In this document: positions 1 through 11,300 of the stretch, piece after piece | Numbering within the stretch: position 1 is the first letter of the stretch | Layout: each line of letters starts with the position of its first letter | DNA from: an uncultured virus (IMG/VR IMGVR_UViG_3300042673_000188) | Lineage: Duplodnaviria > Heunggongvirae > Uroviricota > Caudoviricetes | Direction: 5' to 3' (one strand) | DNA length: 20,000 nucleotides | Virus record (IMG/VR): IMGVR_UViG_3300042673_000188 | Translations under genes and position numbers: made by a program | Notes under the pieces: generated by a model | What the model saw: the letters and a program-made list of their open reading frames with translations, nothing else | Databases searched by the model: none | What the model was told of the DNA's origin: nothing

Positions 1-1
1 T

Positions 2-3000
2 AATCCAATAACTGTTGCAAATAGAGAAGAGTTTAATAAAATAAAAGAAGAGATATTAGCTCTTATGCCTAATGCTCGTGTTTCATATAATCAAGCTAAC
101 AACACAGTTAACATTCAACTTCCAGTACTTAAGAAAAAAGCCGGACCTGCAACTACAACTACTACTAAAGAAGTAATTACACCAGAAGGATTTACAAATA
201 GAGTATTTGAAAGTAATCTGCAATTAGGTGAAGCATCTGCTGATGACCATATATCGGAAGAAGGTTATAATTATCGTACACTCTCACAAACAGAAATAGA
301 TGCAATTATAGAAAGTGGTGGTGTATTTTCAAGAGAGGGTAAACAAAGAGGTGGTAATAAAAATACTAAGTATTGGACTAAGGGAAATAATAAAAACTGG
401 TACGGAGATAAAGACACTACTGAAACTATTAGAGTTAATCAAGCAAACTTTAAAGAAAATGAGGTTGTAAAAGCTAAAGATGTAGAAGTTTATAATAAAC
501 AAACAAAACAGTTTGAACCTTTATTAGGAAGAACAACAACAACTACTACTAAAGCAGAACCAGAGAAGACAGAAGAAATAAAAGGCGGTGTTAAAGAATT
601 ATTTGATGCTGATCTTGAATTAGCATCTATCGGGACTCTGCAACAATACTCTCAATACCTTACTACTATATTTCCGGATAGCCAAGAAAAAAATATTGTT
701 TATCATGGAGGAAATATCGGAATAGAAAATTTAGGAAGATTTTATAAACCCGGAGAAGAAGGTTATAAGAAAAATGACTTCAATACCAAAGAGGGGATTT
801 ATTTTGCTTATAATAAAACAGAGGCGGAAGGATATACTAAAAAGTTTATTTTCAAAGATAAAAATAAAAAAGTTTATAGTGCCCTTGTAAATGTTAGACC
901 CTATGATAATGTTAAGCAGGTAGAAAAAAGAAATAAAGACCAAAAAGAAATTGATTTAGTAAGCATTTCTAAGGAAGACGTACAGTGGTTATTAGATAAT
1001 AACTATAATGCATTAACTAATAAAGGTAGAATTAGAGATCAGGATAGCCCATTTTTAGTTGTATTTGAGCCTGAACAAATTTACATACTGGGAACTAAAC
1101 AAGACAAAGAGGGATTTAAAAAATTTGTTTCTGGGGGTGAGTCTATAAAGACAGAAGAGGAAGAAGTAGATGAGGAAATCAATAGCAACCCTGAGGATAG
1201 TGATGATGTTAAAGAAGGTGAATCAAGAATTGATGATACTTCTAGAGAGGTAGAACAAGAGATGGATGAGGCTCAGCGTCGTGCTAATGAAGGTAAAACT
1301 CCTCCATTTTCAGAGCTTGCTAAAGAAACAATGCAAAGTATTAAAGATGCATTAGGTTCTGTCCGTGATGCTATGAAAAAGTCTTACTCTAGAATGCCAC
1401 AAGCTTTAGAGAACAACTATGAGAAATTACGTAGAGCATATAAGAAAACTGGCGGTAAGCTTAAAGAGAAACTAGCTAAAGTATTAGATTCAATTCAGAA
1501 GTATCTAAGAAAACTTAAGCAAATTTTAATTAAAGCAAGTAAGACTGTTGGAGCCAGAAGAGTCAAGAGAGGTGTACAGCCTAATGCAGGAACTCCTGAG
1601 ATGTCATCTACTAAACCGCAAGTGGTAGATAATACTCGTGAGATACTTGCAGACTTTGTAGTAGAACAATTAACCCAGTATGGTTTTGTAAAGTTCTTTG
1701 CTGAGCAAGGAATGACTATTGATGCAAATACTATTCTTAACTTAGAAGCATTAGGTACCAAGCGTGGCGACAATGTTCTATTAGAGAATAGAAGTACTAT
1801 GGAGAATACGCTACATAGAATTCTTCACATGTATATGGATAGGACTGGGCCTAAATCTGACAAAGATTACAATGCTCAGGCACAGTCTCTTATAAATATA
1901 CTACGCCCTGTTCTGCAAGAAATAAGTAAGGCAGGAGGTGACCCTAATGTAGGCGTATATATTGAGAAAATTAATTACATGTTTGATAAGAATCCTGCAC
2001 AGGAACTTGTTATTCAGTATTTGACTAATACACCATTCAGATCTTTTATATCTAGGTTGTCTCCTGAGATTCAAGCTCAGTTCCAAAGCCTAGCTAAGGA
2101 AATGGTTCTTTTCAAAGACTCTGCAGGACGTGTAACTTATAACAAGACTAAGTCATTTATCAAAATACAAGATGGTTTGTTAATGTCTGATGCTCTTTAT
2201 GAAGAGTTTATCAATAACACATTACAGACGCCGCTTGATGTTTTAGGTGATGCTATGGCTTCAGGTATGGACCCAGTTACTTTCTTACTAAATAGAATAG
2301 CCCAACCTATTGATGTATTTATTGCTGAGGAGGCTTCAGCTGAAGATCTACAAGAGATTGCTGATGAAGAGGGTAAATCTATAACTGATGTTGTAACTAG
2401 TATTAAAAATGCAGTTCTTAACTATTTGAATACTGCAAACTTTGCTAGAAGTAAAACTGAAGCTGATAAAGCACCTAGAACAAAAAAGGATGGTATCATC
2501 AGCCGTATAATTAGAAAACTCAAGAAGATGACCATTGGGTTAATGATTGCCCTTTCTACATATACAGGTGTGGCTGGATTTGACTTTAGCGGAAATACTG
2601 AAGCTGAGATAGGTGAAGAAATGGCTGAAAGACCTGTATGGAGTATGGTCAATGTTATAGATAATACTATGTCAATACTACCTATATCTGATTCTTATAA
2701 GCAAACCATGTACAGAGGTTTAATTAAGTATGGTATCTATGATATTGCAGCTGTTAAAGAGGAGGCTGTTAACTATGAAATGTTATCTGATGCAAAAGCA
2801 ATCATAGAATCAAATAATAAACTTGAGTATATCAGACAAAATACTTACTTCCAAAACTTAGGAAGGCTTGCTGATAGTCAAGGCGCTATAGGACCTGGAA
2901 AACAGTTACTAGATAGTATTATGATGTACCGTAATCAGTGGTTTAATGATGTAGGATTTGAGTATATTACAGGAGCCAGTAACAGTACAAGAGATCGTGT

Positions 3001-3784
3001 AGGTCAAACTACATATGATAACACTGTTGGTGTAGCCCACTTCTACATTATGGATAATACAGGAGGTGACCTAAGTCGTTATACAACAGTTACTAAGTTT
3101 AATGAAGCAAAGAATAATTTCAAATCTCGTATAGGTACATATGATGTTAAACCAACAGATTATGTTCCGGTATTTAAATTTAGGCCTAGACAAGATGGAG
3201 AAGATGTTGTTAATATGCAATTTAAATTAGCTTCTGAGCTAACTGCTGATGATAATGCAATTACTAAATTAATCCAATGGAAATTTGGAGATATTGATTT
3301 TAACTCTCAAGTTAACTTATATGATAAAGCTTACTGTTTAACAACTAAATCTGGTGATAAGGCTTATAGCTTTACCTTTAGTAAAAAGGCTAATGGTAAA
3401 GATTTATATAGCCGCTTCTCTGGATCAACTGTTATCTTTATCTTTAAAGATCAGAAGGGTAATACAATTGTTAGAGAGTTTACAGGAAGTATCAACGCTA
3501 TTAAGCAGGAGGGTGAGAATATCATGCAGCAGTTTCAGGTAAAACCGGAAGACCTCACAATTGGTGCATTTGATGCCGGCTCATTTAGTGCAAAACCTGC
3601 ATCTAAAAATGGAGTACTTAAGAGTGACCAGTGGGATGGCTTCAATAAAATACATCCTAATGCAGGAAGTGCTTTGATTATTTCGGTATCTAGTACACAA
3701 AAGGTTATCCAGCTTTCTGATATTAATCCTTCTGAAGAAGAAATAAATAACGTAGCTCAAGAAAAAACAAAATCATGTCAGTAA
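2..3784 (+). CDS. Large polyvalent phage virion cargo protein, 5'-truncated (ART-like modules, degenerate zincin, hydrophobic segment, C-terminal domain)
   Basis: The track gives 65..3784, but the same frame is open from position 2 (NPITVANREEFNKIKEEILAL-M), so the true start is probably upstream of the window. The protein is modular, with poly-Thr and acidic linkers. It ends ...EKTKSCQ-TAA and overlaps the next ATG. Confidence 0.85.
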   Translation, partial: NPITVANREEFNKIKEEILALMPNARVSYNQANNTVNIQLPVLKKKAGPATTTTTKEVITPEGFTNRVFESNLQLGEASADDHISEEGYNYRTLSQTEIDAIIESGGVFSREGKQRGGNKNTKYWTKGNNKNWYGDKDTTETIRVNQANFKENEVVKAKDVEVYNKQTKQFEPLLGRTTTTTTKAEPEKTEEIKGGVKELFDADLELASIGTLQQYSQYLTTIFPDSQEKNIVYHGGNIGIENLGRFYKPGEEGYKKNDFNTKEGIYFAYNKTEAEGYTKKFIFKDKNKKVYSALVNVRPYDNVKQVEKRNKDQKEIDLVSISKEDVQWLLDNNYNALTNKGRIRDQDSPFLVVFEPEQIYILGTKQDKEGFKKFVSGGESIKTEEEEVDEEINSNPEDSDDVKEGESRIDDTSREVEQEMDEAQRRANEGKTPPFSELAKETMQSIKDALGSVRDAMKKSYSRMPQALENNYEKLRRAYKKTGGKLKEKLAKVLDSIQKYLRKLKQILIKASKTVGARRVKRGVQPNAGTPEMSSTKPQVVDNTREILADFVVEQLTQYGFVKFFAEQGMTIDANTILNLEALGTKRGDNVLLENRSTMENTLHRILHMYMDRTGPKSDKDYNAQAQSLINILRPVLQEISKAGGDPNVGVYIEKINYMFDKNPAQELVIQYLTNTPFRSFISRLSPEIQAQFQSLAKEMVLFKDSAGRVTYNKTKSFIKIQDGLLMSDALYEEFINNTLQTPLDVLGDAMASGMDPVTFLLNRIAQPIDVFIAEEASAEDLQEIADEEGKSITDVVTSIKNAVLNYLNTANFARSKTEADKAPRTKKDGIISRIIRKLKKMTIGLMIALSTYTGVAGFDFSGNTEAEIGEEMAERPVWSMVNVIDNTMSILPISDSYKQTMYRGLIKYGIYDIAAVKEEAVNYEMLSDAKAIIESNNKLEYIRQNTYFQNLGRLADSQGAIGPGKQLLDSIMMYRNQWFNDVGFEYITGASNSTRDRVGQTTYDNTVGVAHFYIMDNTGGDLSRYTTVTKFNEAKNNFKSRIGTYDVKPTDYVPVFKFRPRQDGEDVVNMQFKLASELTADDNAITKLIQWKFGDIDFNSQVNLYDKAYCLTTKSGDKAYSFTFSKKANGKDLYSRFSGSTVIFIFKDQKGNTIVREFTGSINAIKQEGENIMQQFQVKPEDLTIGAFDAGSFSAKPASKNGVLKSDQWDGFNKIHPNAGSALIISVSSTQKVIQLSDINPSEEEINNVAQEKTKSCQ
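150..557 (+). repeat. Direct repeat pair encoding Thr-rich linkers (150-173 and 534-557)
   Basis: caactacaactactactaaagaag vs caacaacaactactactaaagcag, 22/24 identical. The core acaactactactaaag is perfect at 155-170 and 539-554. The copies are 384 bp apart and in frame. Confidence 0.85.
263..525 (+). other. Putative toxin-type ART-fold module within ORF1
   Basis: GYNYRTLSQTEIDAIIESGGV...TKYWT resembles the start of polymorphic-toxin ART domains (Y-R strand, then an ExxAIxxxG helix, then an aromatic strand). It is bounded by the Thr-linker repeats. Recognised by eye only. Confidence 0.4.
587..1130 (+). other. ART-PolyVal-like ADP-ribosyltransferase-fold domain within ORF1
   Basis: Motifs are IVYHGG (YHG at 701-709), GIYF (794-805) followed by AxxY, VYSALVNV, LLDNNYNAL and VVFEPEQI (from 1058). 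The flanks GVKELF...IGTLQQYSQYL..IFPDS and ILGTKQDKEGFKKFV resemble those I recall from crAss-like phage giant proteins. Confidence 0.7.
1760..2070 (+). other. Degenerate (probably inactive) zincin metallopeptidase-like domain within ORF1
   Basis: TLHRILHMY (HRILH at 1814-1828) is HExxH with E replaced by R. Downstream QELVIQYLTNTPFRSFI resembles the third-ligand E...N..F helix of MPTase-PolyVal domains. Confidence 0.5.
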
Positions 3785-5322
3785 ACTGCGCCCTTATATA
3801 CGATGATAATGGTAATCCTGTAAACTTTGCAGCACCAAACGGTAAACCATCTGAGCTTTATCTTGATTTGCTACGTGCATATGACAATAATGCACCTGCT
3901 GCAAAGCGTGATTACTTTAAAGTTTATACACGTGCAGCTAATAATTTAACAAATGGGTGGAGTGCTGTAAGACGTGTTTACTCAACAGACGCTAAGTATA
4001 GCAATAGTGAGTTTAGTTATTTTACACAAGCTGCGCCTGAGACTTTTTCTGAAGACTATGACTCAAGTCAATTTGTTGATACACGAGGTAAATATCTTCT
4101 AGCAGCTTCTGAAGAATATCGAGAACTTGCTATAGATTTTGAGCGCGGTACAAAAAATAAAATAGACCTTAGAATACCCACTACTCAGAGAACAATTCCA
4201 ACTAAATTTAATGTAACACCAGAAGAGTTTGTTAGATCTCTTGAGTCTAACAATGGTACTATGGTTGGAAATATAAAAGTGTATAAAGAGGGTACGGAAA
4301 GATCAGCTGTACAAAGAGATATAGATTCATATAATGAATATCGTGGTGGAACTTACATTACCCTGAATAAAACACAGGGAGAACTTAAGGACATTTACAG
4401 AACCAGGATACTTAAAAAAGCTGAACCTTTAGATCCACGTATAGTCAAACAAGGTAATATAGCTGCTATACAGAATGAGTTTTTTAAATATGTTAAAAGT
4501 AAAGGCTACCTGGGTATCTATTCAGAAAGCGCTAGTTCTGATGGGTTTGTAGTAACTTTTGATCGTAGCCAAGTATTAAACCCATCACAGATAAACAAGG
4601 CATTAGATGCTAATGGAGAACCTGTTTTGATACAGAGCAATGGGTCATTGTCTATTGCTGCGCTACCTAGTCCTCGTGAGACTGCTCAGTCTAGAAGTGC
4701 TAATTCAGATGCCCTAGCAGCAAGACTATTAAAGTTAGAACAAGAGAAAAAAGCACAAGATACTGGAGTTCAACCAGTTGTATCTAAAACTAGATCACAA
4801 GTTGCTGTTGAAGGTCTATTTGATAAAGCTAAAACCTTTGATGAAACAAGTGGCACATATAATGGTTTGCTATTAGACTACTTTAATAATTTAAAAGAAT
4901 ACCAGGATAATGGTGTGACACTCCAGTTTTTAACTAACTTATATGAAACAAGAAGTACTCCATTTGATGAGGTAATAGGTAATGAGAACCTTAATGAAGG
5001 TTCTTACTTTGTATCAACTGATGGTGTAACAGGAATGGTTGTAAAAAGTAATGGAGATAACTTTACCGTTATAACCAATGGTGGTATTATGCTTATGAAA
5101 AGAGAAGATATCCTGACTGAGTACTTCCCGTTAAGAGATACTGCTCCTAACTTTGTAAACGTTAGTGATGAGTATACTGAGATTATTGCTGAAAGTGATT
5201 CAGTAATGGATAAGTTCTTTAGCAATCCTGAGGCTGTTGCTAAAGCTGTTAAAGATGTTATGGAACACATGGATAATTTGCGTAAATTTGGATATGATTT
5301 TATTAAAACCCTTAGATGTTAA
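3775..5322 (+). CDS. 515-aa phage virion/polyvalent protein with an APNGKPS...DANGEP module and a split ART-like domain
   Basis: ORF from the track. Its ATG overlaps the last 10 nt of ORF1. Motifs are APNGKPSELY (from 3832), SYFT, FFKYVKSKGYLGI, FVVTFDRSQV and LDANGEP (4603-4623). The only Cys residues are at positions 5 and 515. Confidence 0.85.
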   Translation: MSVNCALIYDDNGNPVNFAAPNGKPSELYLDLLRAYDNNAPAAKRDYFKVYTRAANNLTNGWSAVRRVYSTDAKYSNSEFSYFTQAAPETFSEDYDSSQFVDTRGKYLLAASEEYRELAIDFERGTKNKIDLRIPTTQRTIPTKFNVTPEEFVRSLESNNGTMVGNIKVYKEGTERSAVQRDIDSYNEYRGGTYITLNKTQGELKDIYRTRILKKAEPLDPRIVKQGNIAAIQNEFFKYVKSKGYLGIYSESASSDGFVVTFDRSQVLNPSQINKALDANGEPVLIQSNGSLSIAALPSPRETAQSRSANSDALAARLLKLEQEKKAQDTGVQPVVSKTRSQVAVEGLFDKAKTFDETSGTYNGLLLDYFNNLKEYQDNGVTLQFLTNLYETRSTPFDEVIGNENLNEGSYFVSTDGVTGMVVKSNGDNFTVITNGGIMLMKREDILTEYFPLRDTAPNFVNVSDEYTEIIAESDSVMDKFFSNPEAVAKAVKDVMEHMDNLRKFGYDFIKTLRC

Positions 5323-5325
5323 ACA

Positions 5326-8300
5326 ATGAGTTGTCCGATACAAAAACCTGAAGATTTTTTTAAAAAGGTACAAGCTGATCTCCTTATAGTTAAGGAGGCT
5401 GGTCAACCTTTTAATTTGCGTAATTACATTGGGCAAGTCTATGATGAGGTAAGTAATGAGATTAAGGAAGATCCAAGTCTTGAGGGAAAGGCAGCTGACA
5501 TCGTAAAGAACCTACCAAAAACAGTAGCAATGGCTGCTGGATCAAGTGTTCCTCTATTTGGTTACTTAGCCGCTAATGGATTGGATTTCATTGAGTTAGC
5601 TAAGCTGACTGAAACCTTTGGTTCAATTACTCCACAAGCAGGTGAGACAATGGGTGAGGCTGTTAGTCGTGTATTATCTGATGTAGTTTTACAGTCTAAA
5701 CCAAAGCCGGATGTTGCAGCTATTAATGCTGCAGTTGAGCAGGTTGTAACTTTTCAGGAAGTAGGTCTTACTAATGACTATGTAGCTTTAATCAAAGCAG
5801 CCGTTACTTATGAGGCTAAGCCGTTTACAGTACTTAGCACTATGATGAATAGTGAAATGACTTATACTGACCCTACTACAAATAAACCTGCTGAAAAAGA
5901 AGATATTAATAAAAGATTTTATACTGGTTTTATCAGCCACATTGCATCTTCAATACCTTATGCCAACACTGTAGATGGTAAAGTCTATTTGCCTGGTACA
6001 TCAATACCTATTTATTTAACTACTAAATGGTTAGGTGCACTACCTGCAGATTCAATTTATGAAAGATTTGGTTCACCGGAGTATCAAGAAAACTTTGATA
6101 AGGTTCAAGTGATTACCAATTCTTTAGGGGAGCCTCTTTTCTTTGATGCTAAGTATAATGTAACATCTGAACAAAAAGGTAAAGCAATTTACTATAGATT
6201 CAGAAAGCGACAGACTAAATATAAAGGAGAGCTTAGACAGACATATCAGTCCATAGAAGAAGCTACAAAGAGCCATCTTAAAAGATATATCTATAATAAA
6301 GAGTTACAAGGACAAACGGTTACTGATGAGGAAATATCAGCAGAAGAAATATTGTTCAAGGATAGATATGCTTCTGAAACAGCTCTTGCTGAAAAGATAA
6401 ATGATTATGTCAACCAAAATCATAAAGAACATTTTATTGTAAATGAAATTACTGGGGTATCTGAAGGTTTTATAGATACCAAGATTCAGAAGGTGACACC
6501 AATCCGTGACATTAATTTAGATGGTCAGCCTTTTATTGTAAGAACTGTGGAGGTTCGTCAGGTAAATAGAATTGCTAATGCTGAATTAGTATTAAGAAAC
6601 AATAGAACTGTTGATCTATTTAACTATGGCGTACCTGCAAAGTATGTTGATTTAATTGCCAGAACTTTAGTAGAAGATACATACTACCAGAATGATCCAG
6701 AGTCTGAGACTATTAAAACACTTGATAAGCAGAAACTAATCAAGAACTTTATTTACACAATGCCTAATGAGTTTACTGTAACTAAGGTAGAAGATGATCA
6801 ATACAATGTTACTCTTGGTACTACCGGAAGACAAACTCTTACTAAAGAACAAACAATCGCGGCTATTAAGAATTACCTTACGACACCTCTAAGAAATAAT
6901 AAGAAAGTTATTCTTAATATAGATAAGAAGAAACTTGTAGATCCTACTCAATTTTTTGATTATACTTTACAAGATGATGGCAGTGGTCGCTATGCTATTG
7001 TACCAACCAACTTAGATTATAGTGAGTGGATTAAAGATAACTTCAGTGTACAGGCTGGTTTGGATGCTGAAGGAAAAATCAGAGGTAAGAACCCATATAT
7101 TACTTTTTCTATCAAAGCTGATCAAAATATTAAAATTGGAGAACAACCTGCAGTAGAAACTAGTAATATTGACTTTGGTGCTATTCCTGACTTCTTTAGT
7201 CCAGCTGATGACAGCATTGAAGATGAGGATGACTTGTTCAACCAAATCAAAAGAAAAGGTCTTGAGAAAGCATTTGCACAAAAGGTGCTTAACAAAAATG
7301 AGTTTGCATCAGAAGAAGAGTTTAAAGAGCAAGTCGAACTAGTAGAAGAGTGGTACAATCAGACAGGTTTGAATAAGCACTTCAAGATAAATGTATTGTT
7401 CAATGTTGTTAACTCTAAAGCAGTTGCAACCTGGACAAGAAATGCTATTAATCTTTATGCCGGTTCTGATAAGATTGATATTTTCCACGAGGCTTATCAC
7501 GGATTTACTCAAAAGTTCTTGACTCGTAATCAAAGAAATAGTTTATATAAAGAGCTTGCTGTTAATAAAGCAACCGAGAAGTTTACTACATATAAAGGCC
7601 AGACTAAAACATTTGGAGAAGCTACAGAAAGAGAGTTAGATGAATACTTGGCAGAGGAGTTTCGTGCTTATATGATCTCTAATGGTAAAGTGGAGATTGA
7701 GCGTAGAGCTGCACGTAGCATTTTTAAAAAGATATTTGATTTTATTCAGAAGCTATTTAGAAGAGGTGCAACCTACAAGGATGTACTTACTTATGATACA
7801 TCATTACCGTTGATTAATGAGATCTTCCAAAAGCTTGCTCTTGGTGATATCTCTAAATACACTGCTGATAATGCCAATGTCTCATCTGAGATACTTGAAA
7901 AGAGTATTATTTCTGCGACGGGTGATGCTGTTTTAAATGATTCAGAGACCGATATGGTCATGCTATCAGCTAATTCTGTTATATCAAGTCTTATTGATAA
8001 GCTTAATGCTGACTCTAACACAAGCGCTTATACACAAAAATTACTTATAGACTCTAAGAAAGAGACTTACAAGTTTATTAAAAATGCATTTACAAAAAGA
8101 CTTAATGCTATTGCTAATGAGTACAAAGCAATAAAAGATCTTAATCTTGATGCATCTAATCCTAGATATGATGAGTATCAAATGAAGCTTGCTACTCTTG
8201 AACATCAGATTTATATTCTTAAAACAACAGTTGACAATTTCGGGGACGTAGATAATATGTCAGAGACCTATGGATTTGTTAAACACTATGAAGATAATGG

Positions 8301-11300
8301 ATCATTCTTAGCTTATCAGAAAATGCTAGATCAAGAAGATGATCTAGATGAGACTGTGTTTGTTGCTGAAAAGAACAAGACATATGACCTTACAGGTAAT
8401 GAGAATACCATCTATGAGCAAGCACATGCTAGAACTATTTACTTAGTAGAGAGTTTACTACAACCTAAGTATAACAGCAAGACTCAGAAGTACGAGGATC
8501 CAAAAGTCAATACTAAGACTGGAGAAACTGAGTATGAGTATGAGAAAGACTATTTAGGATTTCCCAAGCTTGTAGACTTTGACTATGTATGGAACAAACT
8601 ATCTCAAGTTTTAGATAACTTAGATCCAAGTGAGTCTGTATTTAGATCACAGTTAGCTAGTCAAGCGGGAGACTTTCCGTTTTTATTCCAGCTTTTGAAA
8701 AAGTTAGGTGACCCTGAGACTAGAAACCCTTGGGTATCTAAGATGTGGGCTAGCTTTGTAACTGACTTCAATTACATAAGAACTCCTATAGAAGCTCTTA
8801 CTATTGAGTTAATTGGGACTAAAGAAGAGGAAACTAAAAAAGAAACATTTACATCTGGTGGTGCTACCTTTGGTGTAGCATCAAGTAGCTCTAAAGCTGC
8901 AGCTAGAGACTGGGATGATTACTTCCAACAGGTTAAAAATCATCCTTATATTAAAGAAACTATTGGAGCACCTAACCAACTTGATGTTCAAGCTGTATTA
9001 GATGAGTTCCAAAACAATTATCTTGGACGTGAGATTGAATTTTTCCATGCTTTAGGGATTAATATAATTAACAAACCTCAAGTAAGAGAAAGACTTCAAA
9101 GTAATGGTCGCTTTAATACCGGCCGTGTTAAAGACTTTTTAAACAATCTAGAATTCTTAATTGAGAATAATGTAAAATTTGTCTCAAGTATAGATGCTGT
9201 TGTTAATCCTAAACAAAAGGATGGTAAAAGCCTTGCTACTATATATAGTAATATCCAAGGACTGCATCTTAAATACACAGAGGACAGATCTGACTTCATG
9301 GCTTTACGCCCTGATGGAAATGCTCAATCTGAGTTTATGAGAAACAGTACACTTACTGTTAAAATAAGAGGTCTGAATAGCTTTGATACCTATGGTGAGA
9401 CTATAGCTCAACCACATCTTAGTGAGTTTGACTATAGAAGAAACCCTTGGGTTAAGAGATTAGTTCTTATGAATGACCTCTTTAACTTCAATAGCATTGA
9501 GGGTGAGAGAAAGCGTGCATCGGCATTTGTAGATACAAAAGCTAGACTTGATATTACTCTTTTAGGTGGAACTGCTGTTATTAAAGATGGTATTGGTGAG
9601 GGTCTTGCTAACATTGATCTTGATGATTACAGTAAACTTCAACAAGACTTTATCACTGTAATTTTAAAAGGTGTTAGTGAAGGTACTCGTTCTGCGGGTA
9701 AACCTACATCTGTTATTCTAAAATCAAATACCAGAAAGTTTTATGTTTCGCCGGCTGAGTTTATTAGTAATTCAGCTGTTAAAGGAAGAGGATTAGATAA
9801 AGTTGTTAATATTTTTGTAGGATATGCTGCTGCGGAATTAGATAGAATCAACTGGTTAAAAGAAAACCCTAACTCACCTGAAGCATTAGCAAACGATGGT
9901 AAAAATACCTTCTATGATAGAGGTACAGTATTTACTTTATTTGATGATATTTTTACTGATGCCACAAAGGATAAACTATACGGTTTATCTGGAGAAAGCC
10001 TAGATGCTCTTATGGCTGATATAGCCTTTAGAGAATCTGAAGAAGGTGGTGACATTGCAGACAATGTAATAAAAGATATCAGAAGCTATTTGATCAGACA
10101 ATACTCCAATACGCAGAATGCTCTTATTGGTGACATAGCAAAGCTATACCCTAATGAGAATCCTTTTATTGATCCTAATGTTATTAATACAGTTAGGAAT
10201 GAGGCTTTGTCTAATGGTATAAGATCAGAAGTTAGTGACCAAGATGCTTACCAAGCCGCATTGCTGGCTTATGTGACAAACTCACTCATACATAATATAG
10301 AAACTACTGTTATTATACATGGTGATGCTGCGCAATTTAACAATGCGTCAGATGAATTCCATAAACGTAATGCCCCAGCACAATCATCTGGTAAATTCCC
10401 AATACTTAGTAAGGAGCGTCTTGACTATTTAAATGATTTCTTAAGTAAGCCATACGTTGATTCTCCATGGTTTGCTGACTATACTTATAATGGCGTAAAG
10501 TATGTAGGTGTTGAGCCGACATTTATTAAACCATTCAGTCAACAAGCAACTTTTGCTGTTTTTAAAGAAGCTAAGATTAAGTCAATATACTATGATATGA
10601 TATTGAATAGTATTTTGGGTGATGACATGGCAGCACTTGAAGCACTAGATATGTATAAGGATGCTAGTGAGGAGGAACAAGCAGTTTTGAGGGAGCAGCT
10701 TACTGCAGAAATTACTGAAATGGTTGATGAAGCCTATGGTAATATGAAAGAGGGAGATGGTCAAGGTTGGGCAGCATTTGACTTCTATAGAGGTCTATGT
10801 GATCAACTTGATCAATGGAGCCCTGAGCAAGAAGCACTTTATAAAAAGATACTTAAGAAGGAGTACATTACAGAATCTAGATCAGATCTTTTACAGATAT
10901 TCCCTATCCTTAAGATGCAATATGATGGTCCTTTATCAGGAACCGGATTACCTTTAAATGCACTTCTTAAGTTTGAGATCTTCCCATTGATCCCTAATGT
11001 TATTGAAGGTACAGAATTAAATGTACTTCATAACAAAATGGTAGAGCAGAATATGGATATTGCTACATATGAATCAGGTAGCAAGCTTATGCATTTCACT
11101 AATAATGGTAAAACAGATCTTTTCTATTCCGATATAGAAAATAGAGAGTTGGCTCTTGTTGATGAGAACTATAGATTCACACCTAACACTTTATTCTTAC
11201 AGTATTTTAAGAAGCAGGCTGAAATCTCAGACAAGTACAAAGGCAAGACAAACCTTGCTACACAGATGAGAAAAGCCATCATTAATAATATGGATGAGTA

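Noticed and set aside
65..67. ATG at 65 as the true start of ORF1
   Set aside because: The frame is open back to the window edge with natural-looking protein sequence, so the gene most likely starts upstream.
3322..3370. Short duplicated DKAY peptide (gataaagcttac / gataaggcttat)
   Set aside because: Only about 12 nt with mismatches and two copies, which is compatible with chance in AT-rich coding DNA.
4171..4182. RIPT in ORF2, identical to the RNAP RIPT motif
   Set aside because: A four-residue match with no downstream DxDxD motif, so probably coincidental.
5320..5328. Programmed readthrough fusing ORF2 to the RNAP
   Set aside because: TAA is an efficient stop, a good ATG follows immediately, and both proteins have their own terminal Cys signature. 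There is no positive evidence for readthrough.
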